From an uncultured Caldithrix sp. (lineage in GTDB: Bacteria > Calditrichota > Calditrichia > RBG-13-44-9): a DNA stretch of 64,000 nt. The stretch is from assembly GCA_964461135.1 (NCBI GenBank), contig CAYWTB010000002.1, positions 3,585-67,584 of the forward strand, read 5' to 3'. This document shows, in pieces, positions 53,552 through 62,393 of this stretch (position 1 is its first letter; every line of letters begins with the position of its first letter). A model generated the notes under the pieces. It did not search any database and had not been told where the DNA came from. It saw only the letters and a program-made list of their open reading frames with translations. A program made the translations under genes and the position numbers.

Positions 53552-54679
53552 TTATTTAACGCCTCTATAAAGAAGGATGACCCCTTCCGCTTCGGTATTA
53601 ATCTCTTCTAAACCAACTGCCCATCCTAAGTCATTATTAATAAAATAAAAGGAATTAATGTTATAAACATTCATATCTTCCTGTAGAAATTTCCATGTTT
53701 TCCCTCCATCTCTTGTTTGAATGATTGCAGAAGGACCTGCCCCTGGAAAAGTACCTAACCAGCCGTTCAATGTATCAACAAAAAAGAAGATTTTTACACC
53801 CAAAAATATTGGCCATGATTCGGGTGATCTTTGAACCCATATACTTCCGCTATCTGTTGTTCGATAAAAACCCAGACAATCATCTCTGCTCCCTACCCAA
53901 CCGTTATTCTGATCCACAAATTGAATTGTTGTAAGAGATGGTGCTGGTGATATATTAAGATTTCTCTTTTCCCATGTTAATCCAATGTCCATAGTTAAAA
54001 GTACGTTTCCGCCAAAGCCACATATCCAGATATTTTGTCTATCAACAATGGAAATATGCGTTAGCGTTGATAAACCGTGTGGTATGGCATCACTCCATGT
54101 TTCTCCACCATCTTCTGTTTTCAACAAAACACCTGTACTTCCAAATGAACCTCTACCTCCAACTACAAAACCAATGTTCCTATTTAAAAATTGTATATCA
54201 CGAAAACGTCCTTCTCCTAAATCTTCACTATATTTTAGCTCCCAATTTTCTCCTCCATCTGTTGTCTTCAAAATAGAATGCCAGCTACAAATCCAACCAT
54301 TTCTACTATCAACAAAATCAACCGCCCATAATGACTCTTCTATTGGGCACATTTGGCCTTGCCATGTTTCACCGCCGTTTTTTGAATTAATAATTACACC
54401 ACTATCTCCAACAACCCAACCGTTTCGTTCATCACTAAAATCAACATCATATAACCATACTGACACACCGCTTTTAATTTTAATCCATGTTCCAACTCCA
54501 TCATTCAATGCAGCTGGCAGTGCAGCCGGGTTTTTATTACAATCTTGAATGAGGATACAAAAAACAAAAAGTGATATTATTTTAAATTTTATTTCCTTCT
54601 CCTCTTTTAATCTATTATAAAAACGGGTGGAGAATGATAAAGTATGGAGAAATTTACTGATAAACGGCACATGTGACAC
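53552..54679 (-). CDS. BNR/Asp-box repeat beta-propeller protein (Ycf48/sialidase-like)
   Basis: Six Asp-box-like repeats are present: SKNGGETWQ, TTDGGENWE, TEDGGETWS, TMDIGLTWE, TTDSGSIWV and TRDGGKTWK. Confidence 0.75.
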   Translation of the reverse strand: MSHVPFISKFLHTLSFSTRFYNRLKEEKEIKFKIISLFVFCILIQDCNKNPAALPAALNDGVGTWIKIKSGVSVWLYDVDFSDERNGWVVGDSGVIINSKNGGETWQGQMCPIEESLWAVDFVDSRNGWICSWHSILKTTDGGENWELKYSEDLGEGRFRDIQFLNRNIGFVVGGRGSFGSTGVLLKTEDGGETWSDAIPHGLSTLTHISIVDRQNIWICGFGGNVLLTMDIGLTWEKRNLNISPAPSLTTIQFVDQNNGWVGSRDDCLGFYRTTDSGSIWVQRSPESWPIFLGVKIFFFVDTLNGWLGTFPGAGPSAIIQTRDGGKTWKFLQEDMNVYNINSFYFINNDLGWAVGLEEINTEAEGVILLYRGVK

Positions 54680-55060
54680 AATTCCTTTTGGTTAAGTTGA
54701 CGGAATCTGCCCTTTTAACCGTTCGCGGATACTTCCTGTTTGGATTAATTTTAATTTATACCATTCAATTGAATTTGTCAAGAGAAATCTTCAACTTTAT
54801 GAAAATATTTTTCAACGTATTCAGAGAATATGGTACAAAATCATCTTTATTCCATTCTTCTTAATTTTGTCAAATATTCAAGGATATTCATTCCCCTTTT
54901 ATTCCAAACAATTCAAATTTTCAGCCGGAAATTTTTAATCAGATTCTTTTCCTCTCCCACACCGGTAATCCGCATCTGGTTGAATCGTTTGCTCCTGACC
55001 TCCATTCTAAAATCAAAATTCTCCGGCAGTATTCCCCCATTCAGTTTCTTCACCATGATC

Positions 55061-55081
55061 CATGTCTCACCGTGAGAAATG
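55061..55081. repeat. Hairpin-family copy 8 (degenerate)
   Basis: CATGTCTCAC-c-GTGAGAAATG (9 of 10 positions pair). Confidence 0.65.
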
Positions 55082-55174
55082 AGCAATACATTTCTTCCAA
55101 ATCGGTCATCTACAATTTTCACGGATAAATCAATACCAAAAACATGATTAATTTGTCAGGCAAAAGACTAAAAA

Positions 55175-55203
55175 CAAAAGCCCCGCATTGAACGGGGCTT
55201 TTT
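55175..55203. terminator. Rho-independent terminator, duplicate of 49892-49921
   Basis: GCCCCGCATTGAACGGGGC followed by TTTTT. Confidence 0.65.
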
Positions 55204-55221
55204 CGTTACAAAACGAACAGG

Positions 55222-56322
55222 TTACTTCATGAACAGCATCTTCTTCGACTGAACAAAATTTCCGGCATGGATGCGGTAAACATATAATCCGGATGCAACC
55301 AGTTTCCCGTTATCATCATTTCCGTTCCAGACCACTTGATGAGTTCCGGCAACTTTGGGTTCATTGAGCAGGGTCCTGATCCTGCGACCGGAGACATCAA
55401 AGATGTCAATCCTGACACTGACAGCTTCCGGTAGATCGAATGAAATGGTGGTGGAGGGATTAAAGGGATTCGGATAGTTATTCCACAATCTGAATTGGGT
55501 GGGAATTTCCCGTGCTTCTTCAATAAACGTAAGAGCTTCACCTTCCTGATGCGAGGATCCCCTCACATCATAAACATTGGCAATTCCAATAGCATCGGCA
55601 GAGGTTTTGGTATCTACATTGGCTTTTACCACCAGGGAAACCAGTTTTCCCACATAGTCATCCAGATCCACCAGAAAGGTATCGGCAACAACAAAGTTTG
55701 TGGAATCCGATACGGACAAAAGACTGCTATTAAAACTATGAACCGTCTTTAACAGCTGTTTACTCTCCGCATCCCTCACGGCTATATCCACCATGCCAAT
55801 ATCCAATCCTTCTGTAGCCTTTGGGGCTCGAGTCAGATTCTCAACCGTCATATGAAACGGCACCACAATTCGGCTATTTTTTGCTCCCACCTTTACCGGT
55901 TCAAATTCAAATACGTTTTCCGGAGTCACCAGTGTATCGGTATATTGAAAATCCAGAGTTTTAGCTCCCGGAGAGGTTACCAGGGTCGGTTTGTGCATCT
56001 CCAGAGTTATATCGGCATTGGCATTGATTAAGCTGGCTCCGATAAGTGACTTTTCCAGGTTAAAGGATAACAGCCGGAAGTGAGGAGCGGTCATCATATT
56101 CTCTTCCCCCTGGGCAATGACCTGGGTCTGAATCCGGTAAGGAGACTGATGGACCTCAGTCCAGGCCAGCTGAATGTCATCATCAATAATATTCATGGCC
56201 GGATTATTACCGTCACTGATCTGGGGTTGAGAGGGATACACCCACATTGGATCATAGCCGAATACATATTGAACCTGCCCCCCGGTCTCCTGATAGGCCA
56301 CGTAGAGGGTTCTGTTTCCCAT
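55222..56322 (-). CDS. T9SS-type C-terminal-domain protein lacking a signal peptide (probably 5'-truncated)
   Basis: The C-terminal YPNPFNPSTTISFDLPEAVSVRIDIFDVSGRRIRTLLNEPK...KKMLFMK is nearly identical to the tail of 49941..52793. The N-terminus MGNRTLYVAYQETGG has no hydrophobic leader. The frame is open only 23 codons upstream. Confidence 0.6.
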   Translation of the reverse strand: MGNRTLYVAYQETGGQVQYVFGYDPMWVYPSQPQISDGNNPAMNIIDDDIQLAWTEVHQSPYRIQTQVIAQGEENMMTAPHFRLLSFNLEKSLIGASLINANADITLEMHKPTLVTSPGAKTLDFQYTDTLVTPENVFEFEPVKVGAKNSRIVVPFHMTVENLTRAPKATEGLDIGMVDIAVRDAESKQLLKTVHSFNSSLLSVSDSTNFVVADTFLVDLDDYVGKLVSLVVKANVDTKTSADAIGIANVYDVRGSSHQEGEALTFIEEAREIPTQFRLWNNYPNPFNPSTTISFDLPEAVSVRIDIFDVSGRRIRTLLNEPKVAGTHQVVWNGNDDNGKLVASGLYVYRIHAGNFVQSKKMLFMK

Positions 56323-56339
56323 ATCACCGATACCGCTCG

Positions 56340-59300
56340 CTACCGCACTGCTTGAGCCCTTAGACTGGACTTGGCTTTTATCGATTGCGATTCATCTACA
56401 GCGACCATAGACCAAGTTATTCGTTTCATATACTTATATAACTGTTTACTTTTTACGGAATGCCCCTTCAACCATTTCTTACCGGCTTTCCATTTACACA
56501 CCGGACATTCCTTGCCAGTAAATTCCCTACCACATTTCCCGCACTTCCCCGGAATATACGTAGTCGAATAACTGGTCATTTTCTCATAGCTGACTATATA
56601 AAATATGGTCTCATTTGTAGCCTTAATTCCGTTCACATCATCCGGTCCAACAATAACCTTGTATTTCAACCCAATCCGATCTGCAATTTCTATCCAGGTA
56701 TCAATCAAGCTGGATAAACAAACAATCAATACTTTCTTCATACCCATGACCGTTGCCAGAGCATAAGTCGTATCTGTCTTACCCAAACCCTGCAAATACC
56801 CGAGATAATTGAACGGCTTCAAAGCCAAACGAGCTACATCCTGTTTCTGATAAGGAAACAAATAATCAAATTGCGGAAATTCCTCGAACTTCTTCAACCA
56901 TTTCTTGTATTCAGGGCGATAAGCAGTCATAATCCCTGTTTGGTCTGTACTGAATCCCATATCTACCTTACCAAACAAGGTGTTGAATTCAAATTCTTGC
57001 GAGTCATTAGTTCCATATCTATTTGATTTAAAAACTTTCAATTCGCCCCTTCCAAACGTAAATTCTTTTTCTTCATCTTCCGAGCTAACTGTAATCAACC
57101 TGTTTTCACCCTCTCCCTCAACTTTAGTCACCAAATAATAACTCCCATCGCGATACAAATAAGTCCACCAGATTTTTTCATGAACAGTAGACTGGGCTTG
57201 AACATGATCACCCGATTTTACAGTGCCAAAGATATCATTCTCATCAATATGTTCATACGGATCCCCTTCAAAAATTTCATACGGAGTTTCCATCCGCGTA
57301 AACCATTTCCGCTTTTTCTTAATCCAGTTCAATAGCTGTGGATCAATCCTAACCCTTAATCCCATAGCTTTTAAATACCAAACCAGATCACTGAAAAACA
57401 CATCTCTTTTCTCGGTGTAGAAATTCTTCAAATTCGTATGTGTCTTATAACCATATTCATAATCCTGAGCTTGGTAACTCCAGACAGGTCCTAATATTAC
57501 ATTCTTCAATTCCTCAACTTTAAGTGCTGCTATCAAACCCTTGGGCTTCATAACAATATCATATTGACCGAGCTTCAAATCGACCACATCCACATCGGTT
57601 TCGGGCAATGTCTTTGTCCAGGGTTCAACCGGTATCTCCGGATTCGGATTATATTTCCTGAGAACAAGATCGTAGTCCAATACTTGGTATCTTTCAAAAT
57701 GCCTTTCCAGTAATCCCCACCATTCAGATTGCCTGAACCGTTCCACTGCTGCATGACCCGGATTGACTTTATCCAGTTTTTCATCCCAGACAATTTGATG
57801 AAAAAACTGGTCTGTCCGACCCATCTGCCAATCCCAATCTTTAAGCAAAATCCATACGAAGGTTTTAGCTTCCGTACCGTTTGGTTTGAATGTTTCTTTC
57901 GGAAGATCAATCACTCCGATTTCAGTACAACTGTTCCTGATCCATCTGCGAAAATGCATCATATCTTCTCTATCCAACGTACCCTGCGGTAAAACGGCGA
58001 AAAGAATTCCACCCTTCCTCAGCGATCTCACAGCAATTTCCATGGTTGCCAAATGACTCATCACACGCCCCTCGTATCCAGATCTTTCCAGAATCGTTTC
58101 ATCCTCTGCTCTCCAGTGCAAACCAAAGGGTGGATTCGTCACCACCACATCCATCTGTTCTTCCACATCTTCAACGTGATAGATCACATCATCCTGAATC
58201 AAATTGGCATTTGGCATAACAGCCTGTGCAACCTTGATTGCAGTATCTTCTATCTCAATTCCGTATTTCGTAACATTGCCCGGAAAATTCCAGAGCAGAC
58301 TTCCGGATCCACAGGTCGGATCGAACACTCTCAGTCTTTGATCTAAAAACTTGTTCGGCAAAAGAGCAGTTATCATTTCTGAAACCCAGAGCGGAGTCAA
58401 ATACTGTCCACCGGCGAGAATATTCGAAGCTGTATAACCATATTCCTGAATCTGTTCCTGGGTAGCTTTTATCAATCCTCCCCAACCAGTAAAATACCGT
58501 ATGGCTTTTTCCGGATCTACCGAACCATCCTCGATCATCTGCAGAACTGTTTCATTGTTGTGCTTTCTATCCCCATCCCGAAATTCATATTTCCGAACTT
58601 CCTGTATGGGTTCGGAAATATCTTCAAACGGCAATTCAAGTTCTTTCAGCTTTTCTTGTATTGCCTTAATCTCTCCCCTTGCATAAGCGATATGTCCAGC
58701 CACCAGGCTAAAAGCAACCCGTGGATCATCTACTATATTATGATCTCCCTCAAAGGGCCCTCCCCATTCTTTCAGCAAGGCTTCATACCGATCCAATGAA
58801 TACTTTAGTCCTTCAATATTTTCATTAAGTTTTTTTCGCAATCCTTTCTCATTGTCGGGCAATTCAAATTTGTTTGCTTCAATGGACGGAATATCAGATA
58901 CCGGAACTGGATCATTCTTGAAATAATATTGAGAATGGAAAATATCATACTCTGGCAAAAGATAATTCGGTACTTCTCCGCGTTTTCTGTTTTCTCTAAG
59001 TACCTTAGCCACCCTCTGTAACAATTCTTCGTCTCCACATTCCCGAACTACCTCCTTCGTGAGCGATTTTATGTGTTGCCTGATCGTAGCTGTTCGTTCA
59101 TCAGATTCAGCCCACTCCTTCAAACTGTCATATACGTCCAACCACTCATGCAAATCCGTCCATTTCTCTGCTTCAAGCGCTTCTTCTGGTACAACCACAT
59201 CGTTTTCCGTTACAGTTTCATTCTGAGCTTCCCGAACCTGTCTCCAATTCAACCCGGCACTCCACTCATCATTTTCACCAGTTTTGATCGGGCATTCTGA

Positions 59301-59951
59301 AATTTCATAGGGCTTCATTTCCGGATAGATCCCCCGTTCAACCAAAAGAAGCTGTTTCTTAACTTGTTCTAAATAATTCTTCAATTCTTTTTGATTCGTT
59401 ATCCCACCACCAAAGTCATTGCTTTTGAGCTTTGCAACCAATTCATCCCGAATCATTATCAATCCCATCTTGATCGCTTCTTCTCTTGTCAAAAACTTGT
59501 ATCTATCCCAAATTGACGGTCCACTACAATGTCCCGGAACCCACATCCCAACCCCCCAACCGTCCGGAGCTTCCCCGATTTCCAGCTTACAAAAGGAAGC
59601 ACCTTTTTTAGACTTGAATTCAAGTTCAGTGATAACCATTCTGAAATGAACCCACCCATATTCAATGCTGGCATCACTTTCCTTAAATCCCCAATGCGAT
59701 GCCCGCTTAATCTCAATCGTATTTTCTTCCTTTTGCCGGGCTTCATGAGTTTCGTAATCAGATGCCAGTTTGGTTTTCCTTAAAGCCCGAATCTCCGGAA
59801 TCGCATCCAGATCAATTACAAACCCGGGAGCAAAAACCCGTGTCTCACAGTGAGACACGACATGAGACTCCGCAACCGGAGCCTCATTCGCGCCTTTCCC
59901 CTCAACCTCACCTTCCTGCGGTGCTATATCAAAAATAGATAACTGTCCCAT
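56340..59951 (-). CDS. Large fusion protein: N-terminal unknown region + N6-adenine DNA methyltransferase + SNF2-type helicase N-lobe, ending prematurely after motif II
   Basis: The methylase shows VFDPTCGSGSLL (motif I) and VVVTNPPFG (motif IV). The SNF2 part shows LFPYQKQDV...LQGLGKTDT (motif I), a zinc-ribbon insert CGKCGREFTGKECPVCKWK, and VAVDESQSIK (motif II). A stop follows at ...SSLRAQAVR. No motifs III-VI are present. Confidence 0.75.
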   Translation of the reverse strand: MGQLSIFDIAPQEGEVEGKGANEAPVAESHVVSHCETRVFAPGFVIDLDAIPEIRALRKTKLASDYETHEARQKEENTIEIKRASHWGFKESDASIEYGWVHFRMVITELEFKSKKGASFCKLEIGEAPDGWGVGMWVPGHCSGPSIWDRYKFLTREEAIKMGLIMIRDELVAKLKSNDFGGGITNQKELKNYLEQVKKQLLLVERGIYPEMKPYEISECPIKTGENDEWSAGLNWRQVREAQNETVTENDVVVPEEALEAEKWTDLHEWLDVYDSLKEWAESDERTATIRQHIKSLTKEVVRECGDEELLQRVAKVLRENRKRGEVPNYLLPEYDIFHSQYYFKNDPVPVSDIPSIEANKFELPDNEKGLRKKLNENIEGLKYSLDRYEALLKEWGGPFEGDHNIVDDPRVAFSLVAGHIAYARGEIKAIQEKLKELELPFEDISEPIQEVRKYEFRDGDRKHNNETVLQMIEDGSVDPEKAIRYFTGWGGLIKATQEQIQEYGYTASNILAGGQYLTPLWVSEMITALLPNKFLDQRLRVFDPTCGSGSLLWNFPGNVTKYGIEIEDTAIKVAQAVMPNANLIQDDVIYHVEDVEEQMDVVVTNPPFGLHWRAEDETILERSGYEGRVMSHLATMEIAVRSLRKGGILFAVLPQGTLDREDMMHFRRWIRNSCTEIGVIDLPKETFKPNGTEAKTFVWILLKDWDWQMGRTDQFFHQIVWDEKLDKVNPGHAAVERFRQSEWWGLLERHFERYQVLDYDLVLRKYNPNPEIPVEPWTKTLPETDVDVVDLKLGQYDIVMKPKGLIAALKVEELKNVILGPVWSYQAQDYEYGYKTHTNLKNFYTEKRDVFFSDLVWYLKAMGLRVRIDPQLLNWIKKKRKWFTRMETPYEIFEGDPYEHIDENDIFGTVKSGDHVQAQSTVHEKIWWTYLYRDGSYYLVTKVEGEGENRLITVSSEDEEKEFTFGRGELKVFKSNRYGTNDSQEFEFNTLFGKVDMGFSTDQTGIMTAYRPEYKKWLKKFEEFPQFDYLFPYQKQDVARLALKPFNYLGYLQGLGKTDTTYALATVMGMKKVLIVCLSSLIDTWIEIADRIGLKYKVIVGPDDVNGIKATNETIFYIVSYEKMTSYSTTYIPGKCGKCGREFTGKECPVCKWKAGKKWLKGHSVKSKQLYKYMKRITWSMVAVDESQSIKAKSSLRAQAVR
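59839..59859. repeat. Hairpin-family copy 9
   Basis: CGTGTCTCAC-a-GTGAGACACG, a perfect 10-bp stem inside the 5' end of ORF 56340..59951 (encodes VSHCET). Confidence 0.8.
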
Positions 59952-59995
59952 ATTTCTCCCTGTAACAGTTTACTAAACTATTTGAGTAAAAAAAC

Positions 59996-61135
59996 TCAAT
60001 CTGTTTGCTGTTCTTCAATTCTCATAGGCATTATCAGCAACAGATAGGATCCGGCATCTGCTCCGATCTGGCTCAACACCACTGCTTTATCCGGTTCGTT
60101 CAGTTTGAAGATCACCTTGTCAGATTCAACCCGGTGAAGCATTTCTTTCAAATAATTGGCATTAAATCCAATTTTATACTGATTGTCATTCGAATAATCA
60201 CACACAATCGTTTCCACGCCCTCATTTCCATTATCACTATCTACCACCTCAATCCGGACTTTGCCACTGACAAAGGTCAAAGCTATCAGACGATTCACAT
60301 TGTCGGTGAACACTCCAAGCCTTTTGACCGTATTATACAACGCATCCCGGTCAATGGTAATTTCATGCTTATAACTGGCGGGAATCACCTGCTTATACTG
60401 AACAAATTGATCCTGGATCAACCGTGCATATATCTCACCACCGTCAAATGAAAATCGAATCTGATTCTCGCTAATCGTAACAGTGATGGGCTCCTTGCCT
60501 ACCAACCGGCCAATGATCTTGGTCAGTGCATATTTTGGAATCAATACCTCAATCTTTTCTTTTGCAACCGGTTCTGATAAATAACTTTTCTTAACAACCA
60601 GCTGATGTCCATTTGTAGCAACAGTTTTAACTTCCTTACCGTCAATAACCAGTTGAACAGCCATAAGCCATGGACGCAAATCATCGGTACTGCACGCGAA
60701 CGCCACCGATTCAAAATGAGTTCTCAGAATCTGTGGCGAAATCTTAAACACCCTGTCTTTTTCTGACATCTCCGGCTTATTCGGAAAACTATCCGATGCC
60801 AATCCGGGCAGCTTGAACGTACCCTTGTCGGTTTTCATCTTCAATGCCAAATCTTTTCCGTTCAATTTCTCAAAATGCACCTGGGCTTTTTTCGCAAAGG
60901 CTTTCACCACATCTTTAAACGCTTTCGATGGCAATCCTATTTCACCCTCTGCTGTGATCTCTGCCGGAATGCGATACACACCTGTTATTTCCAGATCAGT
61001 TCCCCGGACTTCCAGCATACCATTCTTTGCCGACAACAAAACATGGGACGTAATCAACATATTATACTTATTGGCAATAGACACGGCATCCTTTATGCCC
61101 ACTTCCAAATCTTCCTTAAATGCTGAAAACTTCAT
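59996..61135 (-). CDS. dnaN: DNA polymerase III beta subunit (sliding clamp)
   Basis: 379 aa with a three-domain clamp pattern: MKF...L...A....V....N..PIL..VLL-like N-terminus (ITSHVLLSAKNGMLEVRGTDLEI), TDDLRPWLMAVQL, ATNGHQLVV, and C-terminal LLIMPMRIEE. Confidence 0.88.
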   Translation of the reverse strand: MKFSAFKEDLEVGIKDAVSIANKYNMLITSHVLLSAKNGMLEVRGTDLEITGVYRIPAEITAEGEIGLPSKAFKDVVKAFAKKAQVHFEKLNGKDLALKMKTDKGTFKLPGLASDSFPNKPEMSEKDRVFKISPQILRTHFESVAFACSTDDLRPWLMAVQLVIDGKEVKTVATNGHQLVVKKSYLSEPVAKEKIEVLIPKYALTKIIGRLVGKEPITVTISENQIRFSFDGGEIYARLIQDQFVQYKQVIPASYKHEITIDRDALYNTVKRLGVFTDNVNRLIALTFVSGKVRIEVVDSDNGNEGVETIVCDYSNDNQYKIGFNANYLKEMLHRVESDKVIFKLNEPDKAVVLSQIGADAGSYLLLIMPMRIEEQQTD

Positions 61136-61174
61136 ATCAGCCCTCCTATCTTATTGATTTTTATGGAATAATAG

Positions 61175-61203
61175 ATAATACATCAAGAAGAAACCATTGT
61201 CAA
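61175..61203 (-). promoter_or_regulatory. Conserved promoter cassette (family member) upstream of dnaN
   Basis: Minus strand reads TTGACA-ATGGTTTCTTCTTGATG-TATTAT. Confidence 0.5.
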
Positions 61204-61226
61204 ATCGAAAGGAAATAATTTTCGTT

Positions 61227-61877
61227 TCAGGATTTAGCTTTTCCTATATATCGCAGGACGAACATTTTTTTTAAAAGGTGAAAAGACTTTAATCCTTCCT
61301 TATTGACTCCAGTCCCCAAAAAATCATTCAGTTCGTCTATTGTATAAACCACGCCACCATACTTCTCATACTTTTCCTTAATTTCATCTGCATGGGTCTT
61401 ATACATCTCGGCATGCGAAATAATAATAATCGATTCATCCACCAACCGCGAATGAAACACCAATAACAATTCGGCATTTCTGAATTCTTCCAATGTATAT
61501 CTCTTCCAGGCCGGTTCCGCATCAACATCCGACACCTTGTTATGAACTATCGGTTCTTGTTTCGGAACTACTCCTGAATTCTTTTTCTGATCGTTGAGCT
61601 CTTTCTGTCTTTTTATAGCATGTTCAATTTTGTCTTTTAACAATTCCCGTAACTTGTCTCCTTCGACACTCCAGACATCTTTGGTCACACTTGACCGGAC
61701 TATCCATTTATCTTCCAGTAAATATCTCCGATCCATTCCAATCACCATCATCATGTTCCCGGTCTGCTTTCCCCTGGGAGCCATATACTCCATTCCACTC
61801 ATATCAACCTTCTCAAAAGCCAACTCTGTCATACCTTCTCCCCGATACTTGACGGTTGCCTCTTTACAACGAAACAA
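61227..61877 (-). CDS. Hypothetical protein (probable start at 61832, ATGA-coupled to the upstream ORF)
   Basis: The ORF is 216 aa as drawn. The internal start MTELAFEKV overlaps the TGA of 61829..62092. Confidence 0.55.
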   Translation of the reverse strand: MFRCKEATVKYRGEGMTELAFEKVDMSGMEYMAPRGKQTGNMMMVIGMDRRYLLEDKWIVRSSVTKDVWSVEGDKLRELLKDKIEHAIKRQKELNDQKKNSGVVPKQEPIVHNKVSDVDAEPAWKRYTLEEFRNAELLLVFHSRLVDESIIIISHAEMYKTHADEIKEKYEKYGGVVYTIDELNDFLGTGVNKEGLKSFHLLKKMFVLRYIGKAKS

Positions 61878-62092
61878 CCAGACTTAAACATTTTGCCACA
61901 ATCCACACATACTTCCCTGTGAAAATCACCACTGGCTCCCCCATCCAAAGCAGATTCAAAGGGCAACATATAACACCTATGTCCACCGGCCAGAAACCGT
62001 GAGTTTTTGCATTTACCATCCTTGTAAAACGCCTTCCCAACAGATTCTTTTTTAATCGATTCAAGCTGAGCTCCTTCGTATCTCAATGCCAT
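61829..62092 (-). CDS. Hypothetical small Cys-containing protein
   Basis: 87-aa ORF with GGAGA upstream. Confidence 0.5.
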   Translation of the reverse strand: MALRYEGAQLESIKKESVGKAFYKDGKCKNSRFLAGGHRCYMLPFESALDGGASGDFHREVCVDCGKMFKSGCFVVKRQPSSIGEKV

Positions 62093-62114
62093 ACCCTTAT
62101 CTCCTATGTTTAGT

Positions 62115-62393
62115 TTACTGTACTTTTTGCTGAAATTTTTTTAACTGCCTCAAATCCTCTCTTTTAGATATTTGCACAACTTTATCCTTATGTGGTCCAC
62201 TCAATATTTTCATCCGCATTACTTTGATACCACCGAACAAATATGTTCTCTGGCTATTCAAAAATTCTAAAATCGTTCCAGGTGACAAAGTGATACATGG
62301 TCCATAATACCAAACACGATGAGTCCTCTCAGACGGTCTTTCCTCAATAGGCAAACAAACCTGGGACACCACTTCATATTTATCACCCATCAT
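62115..62393 (-). CDS. Hypothetical small protein
   Basis: 92-aa ORF. Confidence 0.5.
   Translation of the reverse strand: MMGDKYEVVSQVCLPIEERPSERTHRVWYYGPCITLSPGTILEFLNSQRTYLFGGIKVMRMKILSGPHKDKVVQISKREDLRQLKKFQQKVQ

Noticed and set aside
7684-59859. CACAGTG / CACTGTG centre of the hairpins as V(D)J-type recombination signal heptamers or Transib-like ends
   Set aside because: No nonamer, no 12/23 spacer logic and no RAG/Transib-like transposase are present. The heptamer is simply the centre of a longer perfect palindrome.
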